From positions 1 to 64,000 of the IMG/VR virus record IMGVR_UViG_3300014838_000014: a stretch of DNA of 64,000 nt; one strand, written 5' to 3'. The position numbers were made by a program, and so were the translations under genes. The stretch is from a virus. The notes beneath the pieces are model-generated. The model saw only the letters and a program-made list of their open reading frames with translations. It did not search any database and was not told where the DNA came from. This document shows, piece after piece, positions 59,090 to 64,000 of this stretch (position 1 is the first letter of the stretch; the number at the start of each line of letters is the position of its first letter).

Positions 59090-60054
59090 AAGTTGTGATA
59101 ACGGGTTGTGCAGGTTTCATCGGTAGCAACCTCGCCGTTCATTGTTTAAACTTGGGGTGGGATGTCGTTGGAATCGACGACATGAGCAACGGTCACCGTG
59201 AGTTCGTTGATGATCGCGTTGATCTGATTGAGAGGCAATTCGATAGTGGATTTAACGACGTTCTTAAATGGTCTGAACGACCAGACGTCGTTGTTCACCT
59301 GGCCGCTCTACCCAGAGTGAGTTATTCAGTGGAGAATCCTGCGAAGACGTTCGAGGTCAACGTTCTTAGGTCGATGTCGTTGATCAAGTCGTGCTGTGAT
59401 AATGGCATTCCGATCGTCTTTGCGAGCTCATCCAGCGTTTATGGTGGTGCTGATACGTTGCCAACCGTAGAATCCGATCAGAAGAAACCAAAGTCACCTT
59501 ATGCGCTTCACAAGTCAACCATTGAGGATTACTTGGAATTATATGGTAAATTGTACGGATTGAAATCAATATCTCTGCGATTTTTTAACGTGTTCGGTAA
59601 GAACCAATTGGGAAGTTCACCGTATTCGTGTGCCGTGTCTGCGTGGTTGACAGCGATTCATAGTGGTCAACCGATGCGTTCTGATGGCGACGGAAAACAG
59701 AGCCGTGACCTGTGTCACGTTGACAACGTTACCGATGCATGCGTTAGATCGATCAAGTGCTTGTCTCGCGATCCATCTCATACCCTTCTGGGGGCAAGAT
59801 ATAACGTTGCTTGTGGAAAATCAGTGACAAACAATGAGATCATAGATTACATGATGAAGAGGTATCCCGGTGCAACGAAGATAGATTCTCATTGGCGCGC
59901 CGGTGATGTAATGCATACGTTGGCCAGCATCGAAAGCGCGCGTTCTGGATTGGGTTATGTGCCCATGGTTGAGGTATGGACAGGAATTGAACGGACGTGT
60001 GATTGGTACGATGCTAATTGGGACGCGATCAAGAACATGAAGAAGGGACTATAA
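59086..60054 (+). CDS. NAD-dependent nucleotide-sugar epimerase/dehydratase
   Basis: 'TGCAGFIGSN', 'ASSSSVYG', 'SPYALHK', 'LRFFNVFG'. Confidence 0.85.
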   Translation: MKVVITGCAGFIGSNLAVHCLNLGWDVVGIDDMSNGHREFVDDRVDLIERQFDSGFNDVLKWSERPDVVVHLAALPRVSYSVENPAKTFEVNVLRSMSLIKSCCDNGIPIVFASSSSVYGGADTLPTVESDQKKPKSPYALHKSTIEDYLELYGKLYGLKSISLRFFNVFGKNQLGSSPYSCAVSAWLTAIHSGQPMRSDGDGKQSRDLCHVDNVTDACVRSIKCLSRDPSHTLLGARYNVACGKSVTNNEIIDYMMKRYPGATKIDSHWRAGDVMHTLASIESARSGLGYVPMVEVWTGIERTCDWYDANWDAIKNMKKGL

Positions 60055-60815
60055 TGTACTATAAAAACGGCGTGTCAGACATCAGACGGGAGTTTTCGTA
60101 CCTTCTTAAGAATGGACATTTCACGAGCTTCGATCGCGAGGCTTCGATGACGAGCATCGTTGGTTCTAAGACGATCGAAATCATCGGCGCAGCGTTCATC
60201 GTTGATGACAGCGTGATCTTTGGAAAGGTCAACGATGACTATGTCGCTCGAGAACATGCATGGTACGTGTCAAAGTCATTGAGCGTTAATGATTTTCCTG
60301 GCGGCGCACCTGAGGTGTGGAAGGCGATTGCATCAAAAACGGATGCAATGGTGAACTCGAACTACGGTTACCTCGTGTACGGTGTGGAAAACAATTCTCA
60401 GCTTGAACATGCCATCGCTGAGTTGAAGAAGAACGAAGAGAGTCGTAGGGCGATTGTGATTTATACGCGTCCAACGATGTGGAATGATTACAACGTTGAT
60501 GGAAGAAGCGATTTTGTTTGTACGAATGCAGTGCAATACGTCATTCGCGATGGTTACGTTGATGCAATCGTGCAGATGAGATCAAACGATTCTCACATAG
60601 GTTATAAGAACGATTGCGCGTGGCAAAAAACGTGTCTACGCGAGGTTGCGAGCGCAGTCAATTATCCAGCTGGCAAAATTTACTGGCAGGTTGGTTCTTT
60701 GCACGTTTATGAAAGGGATTTCTACCTCGTTGATCATTATTCAAAGACGGGCGAAACGAGCATCACGAAGAAGCAATACAATGAATTGTACCCGAGCTCG
60801 TGTTACAATCGGTGA
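60054..60815 (+). CDS. dCMP hydroxymethylase (T4 gp42-like thymidylate-synthase fold)
   Basis: 'NSNYG', 'SRRA', catalytic 'DFVCTNAVQY', 'MRSND..GYKND.AWQ' (Asp at the dCMP-specificity position), 'SLHVYE'. Confidence 0.8.
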   Translation: MYYKNGVSDIRREFSYLLKNGHFTSFDREASMTSIVGSKTIEIIGAAFIVDDSVIFGKVNDDYVAREHAWYVSKSLSVNDFPGGAPEVWKAIASKTDAMVNSNYGYLVYGVENNSQLEHAIAELKKNEESRRAIVIYTRPTMWNDYNVDGRSDFVCTNAVQYVIRDGYVDAIVQMRSNDSHIGYKNDCAWQKTCLREVASAVNYPAGKIYWQVGSLHVYERDFYLVDHYSKTGETSITKKQYNELYPSSCYNR

Positions 60816-60831
60816 AGGAGAATCGGAACAC

Positions 60832-61395
60832 ATGACATGCATATGCGGTATCGTCAAGGGTGGAACGGTGTGGCTCGGTGGCGACAGCGCCGCAACTAAT
60901 GGAGGAAACCTAGATCGAACGATCATCAATGACCACAAGGTGTTCGTCAGGGAAAACGTTGCCTTCGGCGTTTGTGGATCGCCGAAGGTCATGGATGCAA
61001 TCGCTCACGTTCTTGAACTTCCCGTTCACCAACCCAACGTTAGCAACCGTGCGTACCTCGTCGGTGAATTAGCACCTGCGATGACGAACGTCTTGAAAAA
61101 GCTTGATTGCGTTGTTGTTGATCCATCGTACGGAACTTGTTTTAACGGTGCTATGTTGATCGGATACAATGGAGCTCTGTATCAGATGGAGGGTAATTTC
61201 CAACTCATTCAAGCCGCTCGAGGTTACGATTCCGTCGGTTCTGGATCACCTGCTGCCCTAGGATCGCTTCGATCAACGCGTGGTTGGAGCAATCCACGCA
61301 AGCGAATCCTCGAGGCACTGAAGGTCTCCTCTGAGGAGAACGCTGGCGTTGCGCCTCCGTTCAATGTTGTCCACGTGAAGAGCATCACGTCGTGA
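60832..61395 (+). CDS. Ntn-hydrolase, HslV/proteasome-beta-like
   Basis: N-terminal 'MTCICG...GGDS', 'KVF', 'VGSGS..ALGSL'. Confidence 0.7.
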   Translation: MTCICGIVKGGTVWLGGDSAATNGGNLDRTIINDHKVFVRENVAFGVCGSPKVMDAIAHVLELPVHQPNVSNRAYLVGELAPAMTNVLKKLDCVVVDPSYGTCFNGAMLIGYNGALYQMEGNFQLIQAARGYDSVGSGSPAALGSLRSTRGWSNPRKRILEALKVSSEENAGVAPPFNVVHVKSITS

Positions 61396-61979
61396 CATGC
61401 ATCGTTGGAGTCGTTGATGGTGACCATGTATTGATCGGTGGCGATTCGTTAGAAAGCGATGCATATGCCAGCGCAGAAGGCGATTCGTACGTGCTTCAAC
61501 GCAACGATGAAAAGGTGTTCGTGCTCGGTGAGTTCGTCGTTGGGTTTTGTGGTAGCTATCGCGTTGGTCAATTGATTCGTTATTCGTTCAAACCAAATTC
61601 ACCGAAGGCGAACGATGATAACATAATGTCATACATGGTGAATGAATTCATCAATGTGTTACGAACAACGATGGAACAACACGGAACGTTGAAAACTGTT
61701 GAAGGAGAGGAATCGTTCGATGCTCAACTTCTCGTTGGATGGCAAAATAGGTTGTTTGTGATCGGTGATGATTTTAACGTTGGAATCATGAAGGATGAAT
61801 GGTGTGCAATCGGTTCTGGATCCCAATTCGCATTGGGATCGTTGCACACGACGAGCGAATTAGAAGATCAGATTTCGACCGATGAAAGGATCAAACACGC
61901 CCTTAGAGCAGCATCGATGTACAGTCCATGGTGTAAGGGACCATACACGTTGGTGAGGACGCCAATCAACAATGAGTAA
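61392..61979 (+). CDS. Ntn-hydrolase, HslV/proteasome-beta-like (tandem paralog)
   Basis: 'MTCIVG...GGDS', 'KVF', 'AIGSGSQFALGSL'. Confidence 0.7.
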   Translation: MTCIVGVVDGDHVLIGGDSLESDAYASAEGDSYVLQRNDEKVFVLGEFVVGFCGSYRVGQLIRYSFKPNSPKANDDNIMSYMVNEFINVLRTTMEQHGTLKTVEGEESFDAQLLVGWQNRLFVIGDDFNVGIMKDEWCAIGSGSQFALGSLHTTSELEDQISTDERIKHALRAASMYSPWCKGPYTLVRTPINNE

Positions 61980-62547
61980 ATCACCCACGCTTACGGTTTA
62001 TACGGGACCAATGTTCTCTGCAAAGACGTCTAGGTTGTTGCTCGATCTCGAAAGGTTCAAGCACCAACACAGGAACGTCATGGCGTTCAAACCGGTGATC
62101 GACGATCGTTACAGCGACGTGGACATCGTTTCACATATGGGTTGGCGTTACCCGGCGATCGGCATAACGGAGGGTGCTGACGTCCTGAAGCTGCTTGCAG
62201 AACGAAATCATCCATCTGACGTTGTTGCCGTTGACGAAGCATTCATGGTCGTTGGCATCTCCGAGGTGCTCATCTGGTTGTATCGCACGGGCATCGACGT
62301 TGTCGTCTCGACGCTTGACTTATCCTCGACTGGGAAACCATTCAAGGAAGTTGAGAAGCTCCTACCGTGGGCCACGAGGGTCGAGAAGTGCGTTGCTGTG
62401 TGTGCAGAATGTGGTCGCGACGCGGCATACACGCATAAAAAACTGGTTTCCGGGAACGAGATTGAGATCGGTGGCGCTGAGTTGTACGAACCCAGGTGTT
62501 TGTTTCACCATGCGTTGATCTACAAGAGACCGAAGCTTGGCGAGTGA
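61972..62547 (+). CDS. tdk: thymidine kinase
   Basis: 'GPMFSAKT', 'VDEAF', 'C..CG', 'IGGAELYEPRC'. Confidence 0.88.
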   Translation: MSKSPTLTVYTGPMFSAKTSRLLLDLERFKHQHRNVMAFKPVIDDRYSDVDIVSHMGWRYPAIGITEGADVLKLLAERNHPSDVVAVDEAFMVVGISEVLIWLYRTGIDVVVSTLDLSSTGKPFKEVEKLLPWATRVEKCVAVCAECGRDAAYTHKKLVSGNEIEIGGAELYEPRCLFHHALIYKRPKLGE

Positions 62548-62551
62548 TTCG

Positions 62552-62887
62552 ATGAAACCTGGCGACCTCATCGAATGGGTGTTCAAACGTAATTCTCAAC
62601 CTGTCGATGAGGATGCCGAACTCTGGTCAACGACGATGAAGCGTTGGGCTCCAATCGGCGCTCATCCCATGATGCTCATTTCGATGACAGACGAATTCTA
62701 CATGTGGTTGACCCCGAAGGGGTTGTTCCACGCGCACCCGGATGACACGCCGGTTCCGATCCCGTTAATCACATCGACTCGGGTTGTTCCGCGCGCGTGG
62801 ATGACACAGACAACTACGTGCGAACCTGGTGGCGCGAAGACAGTTATTCCACGCGACTTATCGGAGAACATCGATGAAACCAGGTGA
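62552..62887 (+). CDS. PGDLIEW family copy F1
   Basis: a 2-nt deletion in repeat 2 removes the in-frame stop, so the ORF reads through two spacers. Confidence 0.7.
   Translation: MKPGDLIEWVFKRNSQPVDEDAELWSTTMKRWAPIGAHPMMLISMTDEFYMWLTPKGLFHAHPDDTPVPIPLITSTRVVPRAWMTQTTTCEPGGAKTVIPRDLSENIDETR
62721..62873 (+). CRISPR. mini-array F1: 3 repeats, 2 spacers
   Basis: repeats at 62721, 62782 and 62842. Confidence 0.65.
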
Positions 62888-63140
62888 CCTCATCGAATGG
62901 GTGTACAAATGTAATTCTAAACCTGTTCACGAGAGTGAACAAATCTGGTCAACGCCGATGCAATACTGGATTCCAGTCGGCATTCATCCTACGATCCTCA
63001 CTTCGATCACCGACGAGTTTTATGTGTGGCTGAACCCGAATGGTTTGTTCCACGCGCGCATGGACGACACGTATGCAAGGGTGGGATGGAAGACGGGCAA
63101 GGAACGGGTCGTTCCACGCGTTGTCGGAGAACATCGATGA
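62874..63140 (+). CDS. PGDLIEW family copy F2
   Basis: repeats at 63043 and 63107 (period 64); ends VVPRVVGEHR. Confidence 0.75.
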   Translation: MKPGDLIEWVYKCNSKPVHESEQIWSTPMQYWIPVGIHPTILTSITDEFYVWLNPNGLFHARMDDTYARVGWKTGKERVVPRVVGEHR

Positions 63141-63397
63141 AACCAGGTGATCTAATTGAGTGGGCGTACAATCGTAATTTTCTACCCGTTCGTAAGAATG
63201 AGGAACTCTGGTCAACGCCGATGAAACGCTGGATTCCAATCGGCGTTCATCCCATGATGCTCATTTCAATCACTGACGAGTTTTGTTATTGGTTGACGCC
63301 CGATGGGTTGTTTCACGCACGCAGGGATGACACCTCTGCAATCGCCGATCCCATGACGATGCGCGCCGGTTGTTCTATATGCGTGTGGATGACATGA
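63137..63397 (+). CDS. PGDLIEW family copy F3
   Basis: repeats at 63306 and 63368 (period 62). Confidence 0.7.
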   Translation: MKPGDLIEWAYNRNFLPVRKNEELWSTPMKRWIPIGVHPMMLISITDEFCYWLTPDGLFHARRDDTSAIADPMTMRAGCSICVWMT

Positions 63398-63413
63398 GTG
63401 TCGGAGAACATCG

Positions 63414-63671
63414 ATGAAACCAGGTGACCTCATCGAATGGGTGTACAAACGTAATTCTAAACCTGTTCACGAGAGTGAACAAATCTGGTCAATGTCGATG
63501 AAGAATTGGATTCCAATCAGTGTTCGTCCCGCAGTCCTCATCTCGATCACCGACGAGTTCTACGTGTGGCTGAACCCAAATGGGTTGTTCCACGCGTGTA
63601 GGGATGACACAGGAGTCCACCACCGTGGGCTGTACAGCCGGACTCCGGTTGTTCCGCGCACGCAGGGATGA
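63414..63671 (+). CDS. PGDLIEW family copy F4
   Basis: ends VVPRTQG* in repeat 2. Confidence 0.75.
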   Translation: MKPGDLIEWVYKRNSKPVHESEQIWSMSMKNWIPISVRPAVLISITDEFYVWLNPNGLFHACRDDTGVHHRGLYSRTPVVPRTQG

Positions 63672-63725
63672 CACGATGTTCGTGTGGCCTGTAAACGAGC
63701 GAGGAACGGTTGTTCCCAGTGTTGT
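63583..63725 (+). CRISPR. mini-array F4: 3 repeats, 2 spacers
   Basis: repeats at 63583, 63647 and 63708 (periods 64, 61). Confidence 0.65.
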
Positions 63726-63818
63726 CTGACCGATCAATTTTCACCACGAACCTGTAGTTTGAATGAATGAAGAGTAGATTAACATATGGTTTTTATTCAA
63801 GATTCTGGAGAAGAAACA

Positions 63819-64000
63819 ATGGTTGATTGTACAAACATAGAGCGTCCTTCGTGGCCTGAAGTGTGGATGGCGCTTGCTGAGAAGATTTCTGAACGTTCAT
63901 ACGATCCACGTTTACGCGTCGGTGCGATCATCGTCAGCGTTGACAACACGTCGGTGTTGAGCGTTGGGTACAACGGAAACGCGCGAGGGTTACCAAACGT
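63819..64000 (+). CDS. dCMP deaminase (partial, runs off the window)
   Basis: my translation: MVDCTNIERPSWPEVWMALAEKISERSYDPRLRVGAIIVSVDNTSVLSVGYNGNARGLPN. Confidence 0.8.
   Translation, partial: MVDCTNIERPSWPEVWMALAEKISERSYDPRLRVGAIIVSVDNTSVLSVGYNGNARGLPN

Noticed and set aside
10892-63725. Diversity-generating retroelement as the explanation for the variable C-termini
   Set aside because: No reverse transcriptase in the window. Variable segments are unrelated in sequence rather than adenine-specific variants of one template, and they are bounded by direct repeats.
1-64000. Apparent excess of ACGT/TCGA/GATC-containing palindromes (AACGTT, CGATCG)
   Set aside because: Only a visual impression; it needs k-mer counts against a codon-aware null, which I cannot run.

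Overview
64-kb segment of a large (jumbo-type) tailed dsDNA bacteriophage. It runs from a tail/baseplate module (tape measure, baseplate-like proteins) through replication and recombination genes (family-A polymerase domain, gp32-like SSB, RecA/UvsX, 5'-3' exonuclease, DnaB, a DnaE fractured in two by a GIY-YIG endonuclease gene). It also carries nucleotide-metabolism genes (class II RNR, ThyX, dUTPase, kinases, dCMP deaminase), a probable sugar-modified hydroxymethylcytosine pathway, RNA repair (PNKP plus RNA ligase), and chaperone/protease genes. The standout feature is 18 dispersed paralogous ~85-aa genes (MKPGDLIEWVY...) in six clusters. Each runs into a CRISPR-like mini-array: a 28-nt palindromic repeat GGTTGTTCCACGCGCGCGTGGATGACAC with unique ~33-nt, mostly GC-rich spacers, modal period 61 nt (type I-E-like geometry). 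The first repeat and spacer are translated as the variable C-terminus, and the stop codon usually lies in the second repeat. No cas gene is recognisable in the window. All product calls come from motifs read by eye, not database searches.
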